Assembly (NCBI GenBank): GCA_012295275.1
Contig: CM022665.1
Coordinates: 24,428,001-24,492,000 of the forward strand
DNA length: 64,000 nucleotides
From: Chrysomallon squamiferum
Lineage: Eukaryota; Animalia; Mollusca
Reading direction: 5' to 3'
Within the stretch, counting starts at the first letter, position 1; the number at the start of each line of letters is the position of its first letter. The notes beneath the pieces were generated by a model. The model was given only the letters and a program-made list of their open reading frames with translations. It had not been told where the DNA came from and made no database searches. Made by a program: the position numbers and the translations under genes. Positions 42,070 through 56,081 of the stretch are shown piece after piece.

Positions 42070-42800
42070 TAAAATTATTAGTATATATTATTACTATTAT
42101 TCGAAAATGTAATATGTTTAACATTTACTAGTGTTTATTATTTAAACAGTAAAGTCAACATTTTCTGTGACTTTACCGATAGAAATTAAAGCATGCTTTC
42201 ATAATGTATATTGTTCCCAGCGTTAAGTAAAAGGGTTTAATTAATTTTATTTTAAAAAAGAAAATGTAACTATAACAACGGTAATTCACTTAAACCTGTT
42301 TTGAAACTGATATAAATATTTCGCAAATACTCTTTTATATGTAATAATAATAATCATAATAATAATAACAACAACAACAACAACAACAACAATAATAATA
42401 ACTGTCATAATTTTTATTGTTTGCAGATTATTCTCAAAATATCCAGAAACGAAGAAACTTTTCAGTTTCAACGACAACGAGGTGATTGATGAGAGTAACT
42501 ACAAGGTAAACACGCAGTTCTGCAACCACGTCAACAAAGTCTTTAGCGACACCCTTGGCACGGCCGTCGACGGTTTGGATGACCTCGTGGGACTGGGACC
42601 GATTCTGAAAGATCTTGGCGCGAGGCACGTCAAATATGGCGTCACTCTGGAACACTACAGTGTAAGTATATTACTGAATATGTAAGCGACTAGAGGTAAA
42701 ATTAATGACAGAACTGGAGGAAGCTTTTTACTGGAAGTATCTTTTATGGGTATGGTAAAACAAAAAGATAAAAAGAAAAAGGATAATTATATTTTATAAA

Positions 42801-42834
<34 letters not shown>

Positions 42835-42949
42835 TAGTGTGATTCTCATATTTATTTTAAATAACCATCATTATTGTTGTGATTTTATTGTTGTCATCAT
42901 CATCGTCGTTGTCGTTGTTGTTATTGTTGTTATAGTTTATCTTTTTCAC

Positions 42950-43012
<63 letters not shown>

Positions 43013-43154
43013 TCAGATACTGGGCGAATGTCTGATTTATGCTCTGGGACACAAACTAGGGTCTGGATTCACCAAAGAGGTGGAAAAGGCTTGGGTCGAC
43101 TTGTTTGCATTCGTCGAGCTTCACATGACAGCAGGAATGAAAGGCGTCAACTAG
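41758..43154 (+). CDS. Globin 3: single-domain cytoplasmic globin (TyrB10/HisE7), 159 aa; join(41758..41864,42427..42661,43017..43154)
   Basis: MSAKTFTDKEKQILRQTWKQFNEGDKVENGAHMYFR|LFSKYPETKKLFSFNDNEVIDESNYKVNTQFCNHVNKVFSDTLGTAVDGLDDLVGLGPILKDLGARHVKYGVTLEHYS|ILGECLIYALGHKLGSGFTKEVEKAWVDLFAFVELHMTAGMKGVN*. Canonical LGARH F-helix motif; B12.2/G7.0 GT-AG introns; acceptor at 41739-41740 upstream of the ATG; AATAAA at 43261. Confidence 0.96.
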
Positions 43155-43503
43155 ACATAATGCAACGGTGTTTTATTTTCTTTGATTTTCATATTTGCCA
43201 TTCACTAAAATGTATTTGAACAGTGCACAAAAAGTTTTAAAAAATCACAATCTTGTTTCAAATAAAATACAGTCTGTCCCCGATTTACACTATTCGAGAA
43301 TTACAGGTGCGTTATTATCACTATGTGACAAATCGTACCGGATTCTCACGCGTGATTGAACACTAAGGAGAAAAACCTAAATAGTGAGATAACATCGTTC
43401 CTGTTTACGTGTTCTCACAGTATGGTTCAGTCACGAGACTGCCATTAATACCTTCTTCACGTTTCGAGCATTCATTTTTACTCTTACCAAAAAAGTTTAA
43501 AGT

Positions 43504-43544
<41 letters not shown>

Positions 43545-43584
43545 GGCTTTTGCTGTTTTCGTTTACAAAACTTAATAATTATTA

Positions 43585-43616
<32 letters not shown>

Positions 43617-44139
43617 ACTTAAAAATAAATAAAGCAAAATTTTATGTCAGTTTTGGTTTAATAATAAAATTTAGGTCTCAAAACTGTCGAAATCTTTCTC
43701 CTTTTTACCTTAATGGTAGTTGCGTTTCCAAGAAATCATAATATGAAAAGATTATCAAGACCGTGTTATTCCTGTAACCCAAAGGAAAAGGGGACGACTG
43801 TTCAGTTTTTCACATTAATCAAAATTTGTGATATATTTGACTAAAGAAAAAAAAATAATGCCAAAAAAATATAGTTTAATAAAGTTTGTGAATCTTTATT
43901 ATTGTCTGTTTTTTTTTTTTTTTTTTTTTTTCGTTTTTTTTCTTTCTTTTCTCCTCTTTTCTTTTCATTTCTTTTCTTAGCTGTTACAATACATACAGTG
44001 GCTTTCATGTGGCTGTTTGGATTCTATCCCGTTGTTGTAAAGCTCTTTTATTATTCAATGCACTATCGCTGAATTGTTACAGCGCAGGATTAAAATGCTA
44101 TGGTACCGTGATCAGTCCTTCTCACTGAATGATTTCTAG

Positions 44140-44350
44140 TTCCACACCTAGCTTATCAAACGATATGTTGAGTGCTTTCACGTCTATAGAAAGATGCATA
44201 TAAAAGAAACCTTGCTGTCAAAAGAAAAAGAATAGCCTAACAATGTGGTGGCAGTGGGTTTCCTCTTTCATTATGTGCATGCTGCCCGTACTACACCATA
44301 ATATTTAAAACATGCTGAATGTGTCAGTTAAATAAAACAAATCTCCCTCC
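44140..44350 (+). mobile_element. Degenerate SINE-like fragment
   Basis: Core gaaaaagaatagcc...gtggcagtgggtttcct recurs at about 49990-50030 (gaaaagaatagtccatgtaggtggcgggtttcct). It also resembles, from recall and unverified, the conserved central domain of invertebrate SINEs (tgcatataaaaga..ccttgctg). Confidence 0.5.
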
Positions 44351-45288
44351 ATTCCGTAACGAAAAGCTAACGATTTAAAAACACGATTTGCACGGACTTG
44401 CTATACCCAGGCTGCAGATGATCACATTCTGTCAACAAATGAAAATCCACAGGGGATCTGTCATAGCAGATTTCTTGTAGTTCATCAAAAATGATATCTC
44501 AATCTACATTAATTATATATTGTCATCTTAAAATCTGCTGTAGCTGCATTATAAAGAGAGTTCGGTCATTTTCTCTATGATTAACCCATTTTAAAACGCA
44601 TAGTTTTGGTGTAAAGTGGTTTGTTATTTTCGGTCAGCGGAACGTTGGTAACGTAACTGATAATAGCATACACGTGTGTATATCTGCATGTATCTGCGTG
44701 CTTGTGTACGTGACTATGTGTATGTACATATGCGTGTACTGTACTCTTAACGCGTGTTAAACTGTAGTCATGCTATGTTCACACGCCTACGACCGCCGCA
44801 AACCCATTAGGTAACTACTTTTGAAATATTTTCAGTTTACAGCTGAAGTGATTTAACTGAAGTAGTTCATCTGTAGCGTGTACACTCCACAAGTATAACA
44901 ATGACATATCAGTCTTTAAAATTAAGTGTCTATTTAGAGTCCTTCGTTCGAAAATATTGTTGAAGACAGAGTCAATGGCGTAGATCGTCATTTCAGTGCC
45001 TTTGTATTTTTTTTTTTTTCATATATATTTACCATTGTTTGACATTCTATTCCAGAAGTTTGGGTATTTGTTTTATGTTCGGGTGTTGTTGAAAATTCAT
45101 TCTTTTATTCAACCCATTTTTGAAACGAAATACAATGCAAGGTTAAAGGAAGGACGTTGCTGAAATAGGTGCTATTTATGTATGATATTCTATAAGATGA
45201 ACTTGTAATCATTGTATTTTGATCATATTTGAGAAAGAAATCCGCTATCAACGTTTTTATACTAAACTTATTTTCATCTTTTTTTCAA

Positions 45289-45347
<59 letters not shown>

Positions 45348-46165
45348 TAGTTAATTAATACTTTAACAGTTATAATAAAAAATAAATAAATATAACTATA
45401 TGTGTGAGTGTATTTATATATGGATATAGATAAAGATATATAGATGTGTGTGTGTGTTAAATTTATTTAAAAAAAAATCTAAAATCAGTTTATGATCCGC
45501 CATAAATGAGCCTCATAGGAATAGACACATTAATAATTATACCAGTATAATTCTATAATTTATCAGTTTGAAATTACATTAGTTGGAATCACAAGTTATA
45601 TCGTAATTCGAGAGTTACACACTTTACCATAGATAGAGAGGAATTTTGTACTTTGGTTTGTTAATTTAGAGCTAACAATAGTCACGGTAGAGTTCTGATA
45701 AAGTTAAATAATTTGAGTTGCATGGAAAACTGATAACCTGCTTTAAAGACGAGTGTTCAAAGGTTATTTTTCATGATAAGAAATAATCTAAATATATTTA
45801 GCATACTTCCAGTTTATGTTGTTGTTGTGGTTGTTTTTATTGCTTGTTTGGAGTTTTTTTTCAGTTGTTATTTTTATTTTTGGTTTTTGTTTCTATCCAT
45901 TTTTTTTTTTTCTTTTACTGTTGAATTTGTTGTTGGATTTAAAAAAAAAAAATTGTTCTTTTGTTGTTTGTGTTGGTTTTTTGTTGTTGTTTTTTTGTTG
46001 TTTTTTTAGTTGTTATTGTTGGTTTTCCTTCTTGTTTCTATCCAGTTTTAATCAACAACGAAATATAACAACAAAAGAGTACATATAAAACATATCTGTG
46101 GTCTGTTATCGTGTACAGGGTGAACCAGTTTCTTCTAAGTTTCTTCTTGTAGAGTCAAGTAGAGC

Positions 46166-46245
46166 TGACAGCTGTCAACTCGCCATTTACGCGATGACGT
46201 CACGACTACAGTTCTTGAAAGTGTAAAATGTGGATGTTCGTAAGT
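46166..46245 (+). promoter_or_regulatory. Motif-dense CpG-rich promoter/enhancer-like element
   Basis: TGACAGCTGTCA palindrome (46166-46177), CGCCATTT (YY1-like, 46181), TGACGTCA (46195-46202), ACTACA (46205) and a GTAAGT donor (46240). Confidence 0.45.
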
Positions 46246-47448
46246 TTTCGTTTTCTAATATTATTCTATTTTGACACTTTGTTAATAATTTTGATGATAG
46301 CTTGCCCAAAATAATAAAATAATAACTTGAAAGTATAAAGTAAGGGGTGTTATACCATTTATTCGTATTGTGGTTAATTCTGGTAGTCTGCGTGGGTTTG
46401 TTTCTCTGGTAACGGCAAGAAAAGCGCAGATCTTGTAACTAAACCTGTATTTAAAATAGCGTGTTCCCGATGGACAATCTTGATGATGGACGCTGTGCCC
46501 AATATAAATTTGCTTTCTTGAAAAACAACTTAAAATGAAGTCCTATCCAAACAAAAAGTCAGTTACAAGATCGAGTGAATTTTACGAACAGAGACGTCAT
46601 AAAAAAACAACAAAAAAAAACAACATATTATTGAAATACAAACAAAAACAACAATTTCACAATCTGAAGAAAAAAAAAATATATAAAAAAAAAATATAAA
46701 AAAAAAAAAAAAAAAAAAAAAAAATTCACCTCTTTGCTTATTCATTTGATCTTTTTTTCTCTCTCTTCTTTTTATTTATTTTTATTTATTTTTTTTTTTC
46801 TTATCCATTTTTTCATTATTATATTTTCCATATTTTCTCTATTTTACTGTTTTGTTTTGAGTTCTTTTGTATTTCCTTTCAATTCACGTTTCTTTTATAT
46901 TGGTCTGTTCGCCATCTTATCTCGGCTCAATCTGAATTTTAAACATTTTGCACTCTCCATGTACGATTAGTCAAAGATCACTGCGCTCACTTGTGTCATT
47001 TTCGAAACTGGAGCCTGGCTACTTCAGCCCCATGTTATTCCCAGCAGCTAACAGAATTACAAAGATGTACAAGTTATAAAGATTTTCAAGTTATAAAGAT
47101 TTAGAATTCACAAAGATTTAGAAGTCACGGCCTAGTCGCTGAGCACAGACAGAAAAAAGAAATATCCCGTTGAGCCATAGAAGAGATGTCACACTATGTA
47201 TAATAAATATCTACGTGAAAAAGTGGGGGTATAAATGCTGTATATTCAGGGAAATACAAAAGCCTTTCGTTAATTTTGTTATTCTGGCAAATAATATAGA
47301 AAACTGCGAGGATTTTTGCTGTGAGTGTGCCTGTGTTTGTATTTGAGTTTTGTTTCGGTGTTTTGAAAGATAATTTTTTTTTTTATTTTTTTTTTTTTTT
47401 CGAAAACAAAAAACAAATTATAATCCTTGAACATTTTTATTAAAATAT

Positions 47449-47479
<31 letters not shown>

Positions 47480-48027
47480 AATAAATAAATAAATAAATAT
47501 ATTATTTAAAATAAATTAAAATTGTAATATTATGCATAGATAATACTAAAATAAAACAAAATAAAAATTAGGAGCGTTTTAGTTCAAAAATAGACCGATA
47601 ACCTTTTCAAACTTAACTATGAAGTCTCCGTGAGTTGTTTCCCTTTAAATAAAATTAATAATAATAATTACACGCAGATACACATGAACACGCTCATGCA
47701 CATACACACAGTAAAACTTCGTAATTTCTAATTATTATCATTATTATTTTAAACGAACAATCTATCCACTGACTTAAGGGGACTCGGGTTAAGGAGGGCA
47801 AAGAGGTGCAGATTTTCCCGAAATTTTACAGAGATAAAGACACGAGAACTAATTTGTTCTTGTTTTGCTAAATTTTCCTCACCGTTTTGCCTGAATTTTG
47901 GGGAGAACAGTTTTCTACCGCCTTTCCCCCGAGCCCATGATTCGAGTTGCAGTTGATCACGTTCTGACCCTCAAGGGATTTGCCGTATGCAGCCAATGCA
48001 CACTTCTTTTATTTTATTTAATAATAA

Positions 48028-48068
<41 letters not shown>

Positions 48069-48257
48069 TAATAATAATAATGTCATAAGAATATTCTAAT
48101 CAGGAATTCCCATGCTACATCCTACATACTGCGTTCCTTTTAATAAATGAAGGGTAGCCGGTACTTTTTCTTTTGTTTAATGCTTGGAAAAATACTGATA
48201 TGTCATGTCCAGTTTAGATTAGTCTTCATTGAAAAAAAAAAGACTGAAATTTTATCC

Positions 48258-48446
48258 TGTTATGAAATTAATGAAGCTTGAGCTTCAAAGCCTGTAAGCC
48301 AGGAGGGATCTTGAAACAACTTTAATCCATGTCTGAGATGTCATGGTTTAATTTTTAAAACATTTATGGTGATCTGTCGTGAAACCAGCCCGTTGAAAAA
48401 GAAATAACAGTTCAAGCTTCAGCGCCCCAAACATATAGGTCCACTG
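48258..48446. mobile_element. Degenerate second copy of the 14217-14466 MITE family
   Basis: Shares ttatgaaa(c/t)taa(c/t)gaagcttgagcttc, tctgagatgt and terminal ccactg with the 14.2-kb element. Confidence 0.6.
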
Positions 48447-49920
48447 CAGTATGTACGTATGTGTGTATGTGCCTGTGTGAGTATGTATGTATGTAAGTGT
48501 GTATATATGTGTGTGTATGAATGTGTCTGTATGTGTATATATGTATGTGTCTGTGTGTTTGAATGTGTGTGTGTACATGAAAGTGTGTTTGTTTACAGGC
48601 ATAATAAACAAAGATATTGTTTTAATAGTTTAGTTAGTTTCAAATAACCATATAATGATGTTAATAAGAAATTATTATTTGAGACAAAACTATTGTTTAC
48701 ATTAAAAGAGAAGACGGATGTTATGAGTTAATTCGTTAGATAAATAAATGCTGAGCAAGTTACAGATATATGTTTGATCAGCCATATTTGTAATTTATAT
48801 GTGTTTTGACACGATACTATATTTCTGCTGTCTTCATATTGTATTGCTTTTTCTTATTTGTTTTCGTTTTTTTTCTTCTTCTTCTTTTTTTTTTCTTTTT
48901 TATTTTAATCAAGGACTACATATGTCATTTTAAACGTATTTCTAATGAAATATTATAGACAAACATTATTAAATCTTTAAATTACTTGTTTTAAAATTAT
49001 ATAAACAAAATTAATTTCCTATGAAAGCTTAAATAAGTAAATAAATAAGTAAAATTTAAAATGTTATTATAATTTGTTTTGTTTTTTTTTGGTTGTTTTC
49101 TTTTGCTAGTTTCACACATTTTTATCGATCGAGAAGTAGTGGTATAATGAACTTAATATTTCGAGATCACAGTAATAAAATATTTATTATTGTATGTAAA
49201 TGACAATGCGAACAGATCGAATTTAAACCAAAAAAAAAAAAAAAAAAGACAATAAACCCTCCTATTGTCTTTTTTTATACAAATAAGATACAAACGTATT
49301 ACACGTATTAAGAGATCAAAAACGATCACACCTAGAGGTATTATTGTGATATATTTCCCAAGAATCCAACAGTCAAAAGAATAGATTAACTTGTTTTGTG
49401 TGTAAAGAATTTCATATCGGAAGATTTTTTTTTTTTTTTTTTTTTTTATGCGCGGAAAAACAACTGTGCTCGGTAGACTCGGCCGAAATTACTGTTTGAA
49501 ATTAGACATTCTAACTAAAACGACAAATAACAACGATGGATATCAGAAGTGGTTAACTAATGAAAGATATGTTTCATTTAACTACATAATTTTTGTATCT
49601 ACGATTACATGACGTGATATATTTTCGTAAAGAACCAGATAAATAAAATGAAACGAAATTCACTTCCGCCACACGACAGACTGCGCCATTTTGGTTAACA
49701 ACAAATTATTTTTTACATTCAATTTCGCAGAGACACACGAGTTTTCCAGTTATTTTAATAAAAATTATAATATTATCTGCATTATTTTAGAGTGAGCAGA
49801 CAACTTATTCCATTATAAATGCATACAAATAACGTTTAATATTATAGTCAGGTTATGTTTTATAATCTATATAATCCAAGACGGTCAAACCCAGTTAGAA
49901 TTACTTGGAGAAAAGAAAAG

Positions 49921-49951
<31 letters not shown>

Positions 49952-50464
49952 AATCTGAAACCTGACTGTAAACTACCTATTACTGCTCTGTCGAAAAGAA
50001 TAGTCCATGTAGGTGGCGGGTTTCCTGTCATATCTTAGCTGTAATAAATAAAAGGAATGATTATTATATAATATGTTATTAATAGTAATGTTAATATAAA
50101 TGTTGAATTAATATTCGTAATTTCGTCATATTGAAAATAGTTTTTTGTTGCATTTTTAAAACTTTGTTTGAAAAGTACAATGGATATAATAAAGAAAATG
50201 TTTCTATTTAAAGAAATATTTATTAACACCAGTGATTTTACAATGAGAGATAAATTAGACCTTTCTTGTTTTCCAGTTTAACGGATATTTATGGACGAGT
50301 TATATTTGGAATTCTTTCGTGGTTTCAGTTACGTTTTCAAAATATACATGTTTCTGTTGTTGAATTTTAAAGTTTTTGTTTTTTTATTTTTTATTTTTTT
50401 TCCAGGTTTTTTATAATTTTGTTGTTCTATTTTTCCTTTTTCTTCACTATTATCTTTATTTCTA

Positions 50465-50525
<61 letters not shown>

Positions 50526-50592
50526 TCTTTTCTTTTCCGTTTTATCATTACTTAGCGTCATTAAAATATTAAATTTTTTCTTATTCCTTTTT

Positions 50593-50633
<41 letters not shown>

Positions 50634-50715
50634 TTCAGGGAACAAAATGCATTGTTTGAAAGAAACCCTCTGTTGTTGGGTTTTTTTTTTTTTTCATTTA
50701 AAAAAATATCCTTTT

Positions 50716-50747
<32 letters not shown>

Positions 50748-51732
50748 TGTTATCTTTATAGGTTTCACTCTGTTAGAAAGAGTTCAACATGACATGACTA
50801 GAACTGATCAACTTAGCGCGGGGCCCAATTAGGAGCAAATGATCTCGTACGCTTAAAGCGACACTGCTTCGTGTGAACGAAATGCTAATATTATTACCTA
50901 GCAGTCTGATATATCATTTTATTACCTGTAACAAGTTACGTCAAAGTTTGGTAAGAAATAATTAAGTGAAAAGTGACTTCTCATTTACCAATGGTATCGA
51001 TATTTTGGTGATTCAAATATCTATACGTGTTTGGCCAAATATTTTAAACGCGAGGGCAATTAATAATAATAATAATAATATTGTTGTTGTTGTTGTTGTT
51101 AGTAGTAGTAGTAGTAGTAGTAGTAGCATGTTGTTGTTATCGTTATTATTGTTGGTGGTGGTTAGGTTGTGATGGTGGATGCTATAGTAATATTTATCTG
51201 AATGTTTATTTATTTACGTCTATTTTTATTTCTTCGTCATACGCCCACAAAAACAAACACACACAAAGAGTTACACAGTCACGTACACATGCTCTTGATC
51301 ACGTTTATTTTGAAATATATCGATATATTTGTGATTTACTTAAAAATACATAAACGTTTGTTTTATTTTTATTTTTTTTATTCGGCCTTTTCTTTATTTT
51401 TTTGTATGTCATTATGAAAACACTGGTGTCAATACATATTTCTTTGAAACAGAAACAATTTCTTTTTATCTTTTAAATAAAGTTTTAAAAATGAAACAAA
51501 AAATACATACAACAAAACGTTTACGTATTTTTAAGCAAGCAATAAGTATATCTATATATTTACATATAAACTTGTTTCAGAGAACGTGACTGTGTATCTC
51601 TTTTTTTGTGTTTGTGGGCGTATGAGGTAGAAGTGAAAATAGATGTACATAAATAAGCATTCAGATAAATATTACCACTGCATCAACCACCACCAACAGC
51701 AACAGCAGCAACAATAGTGATAACAGCAACAC

Positions 51733-51772
<40 letters not shown>

Positions 51773-52122
51773 GTAATAATAATAATGTAGGTACATGGGC
51801 ACGAAACAGAATATTCAGCGTCAGAAATATTTTTAGAACCGACACTGTAATTGAGATTTTATTTCTATACAAACGTACATCAAATGATACTCTTTTTTCT
51901 TCTTTTTTTTTTTTTTTTTTAAAATTATTATCTCTTTCTCTCAGACAGTCACAGAATTATTTTTCTTAACGTCATAATTACTTTATTTTCCATAAACTGG
52001 AACATAATGATTTGTTTGCTCACGTGCGTGACCATCTAACTACAATATTGCCATATTCTATTATCAAACACACGTCAGAAATAATTAAAATTTTCAAGAA
52101 CTGTTGCAACACGTCTGCTTGC

Positions 52123-52267
52123 TGACGTCGTTGACGGCAGGCGTTGTTACGGTTGGGAAAACAAAGTCGCAGATAACACGATACGTCGGGGTGTTTGTAT
52201 ATAACGGTACTCCAGCACAGACACACGGGTCGTTTTATTTTACTGAGGCAAAGATTCAAACGAAAAG
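52123..52267 (+). promoter_or_regulatory. Putative promoter and non-coding first exon of globin 4
   Basis: 53-bp block (52123-52175) with 39/53 ungapped identity to 39018-39070; TATATAA at 52198-52204; donor AAG|GTAGGA at 52268. Confidence 0.7.
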
Positions 52268-53178
52268 GTAGGAAAAATGTTTTGTTTTGACATTAGGAAA
52301 AGATAACGTTATAAATAACGCTTCTGTATTCTAATATCTAATTTACTGAAAATAATTTTATAACTTAATAATAAAAAGAATAATAATAATAATTTTAATA
52401 ATATGCGTTTTTAATTATTAAAGTATCTTATATACTGTTTTCATATATACAAGTTTTTTTTTTTTTAATTTAATTTTTAATTTTTAATTTTAATTTTTTT
52501 CTTTTATTTATTTTTTTATTTTTTTTTTTTTTTTTTTTTTTTAAATCGTAGACCTGTATTAATAAAATAATATTATTATATGCAGCCTGAATGTGTTAGA
52601 TCCTGTTTGTGTTTGTAAGAATATTACACTGTAAATTCCAAAGAATCTCAACTTGTCTTGGAATTTAAAAATTGAGACAGTACTGAAAGAATTTTATAGA
52701 TAACACCGTAAATTATTTTTTTTTTTAAATCTTTTTAATTATTATTTATTTATTTATTGTCCATTATATATGTATCAGCATCTAGAATATTAAATTATAA
52801 ATTTGTTTATTTATCGGAGTTTGGTTATCAGTATTTATTTCAGTATTCATTCAGTGTTGTCAAAATTACAGTGACTCAATGCCGCATTAGGCGAAAAGCT
52901 ATTTCTTTAAAATTGTTTTTCCTTTGGACTTTAGGTCAGGCGCTAGAGTTGTTGCCACCCCTGGCACACCAACATCGGCGCCCTAAGTTACCGTCGTGGA
53001 AATTTCCTTTGTGATTTTGTTTTTGTCATCTGGATCATCGTAACAGAAATATTTAATAATGAAATATTAGAAAATTTGCTTCAGTCAAGAAATGTTCGTA
53101 TCCGAAAGTGCGTTATTTCATTTTATTTATTATTTTAACATTTTCCCAACTGTATTTAGGTCTCCAACACATTTTGCT

Positions 53179-53249
53179 GCGCCCCCTACCTATCATATAG
53201 CGCCCCCTACCTATCGTGTGGCGCACCCTATCTAGCATTAGCGCCCTGG
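53179..53249. repeat. GC-rich 20-21-bp tandem repeat (GCGCCCCCTACCTATC...), about 3.5 copies, likely inside a decayed MITE (about 52870-53280)
   Basis: Units start at 53179, 53200, 53221 and 53241; a related ggcgccct motif at about 52977. Confidence 0.7.
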
Positions 53250-53486
53250 GAAACTGTCCGATTTGACAGCCAGACTTGCTCACGATACTTGTAGCCCAAA
53301 GGCATACAAAAGAGTGATCCGGCAATGCAGTGACTATAAATGTTGTACATGATTTATTCGTTATTATGCACGAAGTTTTCATTGTATAGTTATTGATTAC
53401 TAAGTGTGCATTGCATTAATGTGTAAAACAATTATAAATTTTCTACTTTCAGAGTTATCTGTTAGGGGTAAAATAAACATATTCAA

Positions 53487-53523
<37 letters not shown>

Positions 53524-53598
53524 ATGAAACTATTTAATTATTAAACAATATGTTTAGATAAAACGCAAGATACTTTTGTAAAGAAAAGGATTAATGAA

Positions 53599-53631
<33 letters not shown>

Positions 53632-55768
53632 GACACACACACGTGTGCTATAATTTAGTGTCCTTACATCATTGTTTCACTAATAATAATAAAAATAATA
53701 ATAGAAACAATAAAGAACAATATCAGCCACAACTTACACATATGCTCCGCCAGCAGTGCGGTAGATAAAACTTTAAAGATGAAATGAGATTTGTTGTAAA
53801 GAAAGTAATATTGACTGGCTAAAAATAGGGATGGTTCGCCCTTTTGATTTGCGCATAATACGTTAAAATTACACCTAAAGATTTCCTGATAGGAGCGAAC
53901 AGGTTGAGACAAAACCACCCCCCCAAAAAAAAAAAACCCACAACAACAACACCCTAGTAAAACAATATACGCCTATGTCAGTAACTGAGATTTTGATCCT
54001 TATTCTAAATCTCGTCCGTTCACGGGTTAGTAAGTTTGTTATTCTATTCACCTGCCACTCTGTAGGTAACAAAATGTCGCTCTGACAGAAGAGCGTACCG
54101 AGATATCCGATATTTAAATAATTAGTCAGTTATCTTCAGCAGTTAGGTATATCGTATTAATCCATGTAGAACTAATACTCGTTATTTGTCATATATTTGG
54201 AAATATTCCAGTGGCAAGTATCTGATTTTCTGGTATGATACGACACGATACTGTTCTCTTGTTATAGTGCTGTAAAATGAATGGGGGATTTCTCTCAGTT
54301 TTGTTTTGTTCTTGGTTATTAATTATATTTGTTTTCTAAACTGTATTAATTTATCGAAAATTTTCGTTTATCAGTCCTGATTTATGAACGTATACTTACA
54401 AGTATGTGACGATGATGAAGATGATAAAGATGTTAAATGAGAATGATAAAAGTTATGAAGACAATAACGATGATTAATAAACATACCAAAAAAACAACAA
54501 CAAATAAACAAACATATACATAAATAAATAAATCGAAATATAATTTCGATATAGGTGAATATAGTCATGAAACAGTTTTGATAATATATATATATATAGA
54601 AAATGAATATGTATATAATACATCCTTTTCTATTTAAACAATTAAAAATATTTTCCAAATGTTGCATTGTTTACTAAATTAATATTTACTTTTTGTTATA
54701 TGTGTAAAAAAACACAAAAAAAACCAGCAACAGCAACAACAACAATAATAATAATAATAAAATTAGCTACTACTACTACAACAAAAATTGGACTTATGAC
54801 TATTAGTCCTATTTCTGCTACTACTATTACTACAACTACGGCTACTAATTACACTTGTTTCTGCAACTACTACTGCTAATACTATTCTACTACTGCTAGT
54901 ACGACTGTCACTGTTACTGCGGCTACTGCTACTACTAATACTGATACTGTGACTGCTACTATTACTACTGCTCTTATCATTTATTCTTCTACTATCACTA
55001 CTACTACTAACTGAATAATAATAATAAAAACAACAACAACAGTAATAATACTAATAATAGTAACAACAGCATCAACAACAACAACAATAATAATAATAAT
55101 AATTAATATCTTTATCGACACAATAACATTTCAGAACATTGTTGTTTGGGTGCTCGCGAACTACAAGATTATTACTGAAATAATTACAGGAGTTAAATTT
55201 CAGGAATCATTGTGCATGTCTGTTTATTTATATAAACGACAACAACAATGACTATAATAATTTGTTTTAAAGACGGCGGTTACTTGAACATTCAAATCTA
55301 TATTCATTGTATTTACATCGATAACATTAACAACTCGACATTGTGAAAAAAATTACCCCACTAATGACTCTATTGTCATATAAATATTTTAATCCTGTAC
55401 TTATTGTTCATAAAACACATTTTCTTAAATGAGGCAGTCGTATTTCACAAACTTAAGTATTTTATTTATTTGTGTTGTGATAATTTGCTTGGGTTTCATT
55501 GTTCAAGGTAAGAGGTTTTTTTCCGACGAAGCTAGGATGACAAAAACATGATCGTTCAGCGGTCAAGATTTTTCCACGATACGAAAATTACCGTTAGAGA
55601 CATGTTGTTTATGGACAAAACACAAGTACAAATCAGCTAGACTATCCAAAACACGTTTTTCTGTGGTTCTTATAAATGTCCTCATGGAATATCGTGTTAC
55701 TTTGATATTTGTTGTTTTGAGCTTGCCGTAACCTGCTAGGTTTTTTATTATTATTATTATTATTTCCT

Positions 55769-55837
<69 letters not shown>

Positions 55838-56046
55838 TTATTTGCCTTCACAAATATCTGTCACCAATTATAAGAATAATAAATGATAAAAATGGTATTA
55901 AATCTAAATAGTTTCACAGATAAATTTGTTTTGATATAACTTGGGGGGGGGGAGAATAAAATAATAATAATAAAAAGATAAAGATCCATATTTATCTGAC
56001 ATGAGAAATTTAGCATGAAGGTATCTGTGTGCGTGCGTGTGTGTGC

Positions 56047-56081
<35 letters not shown>

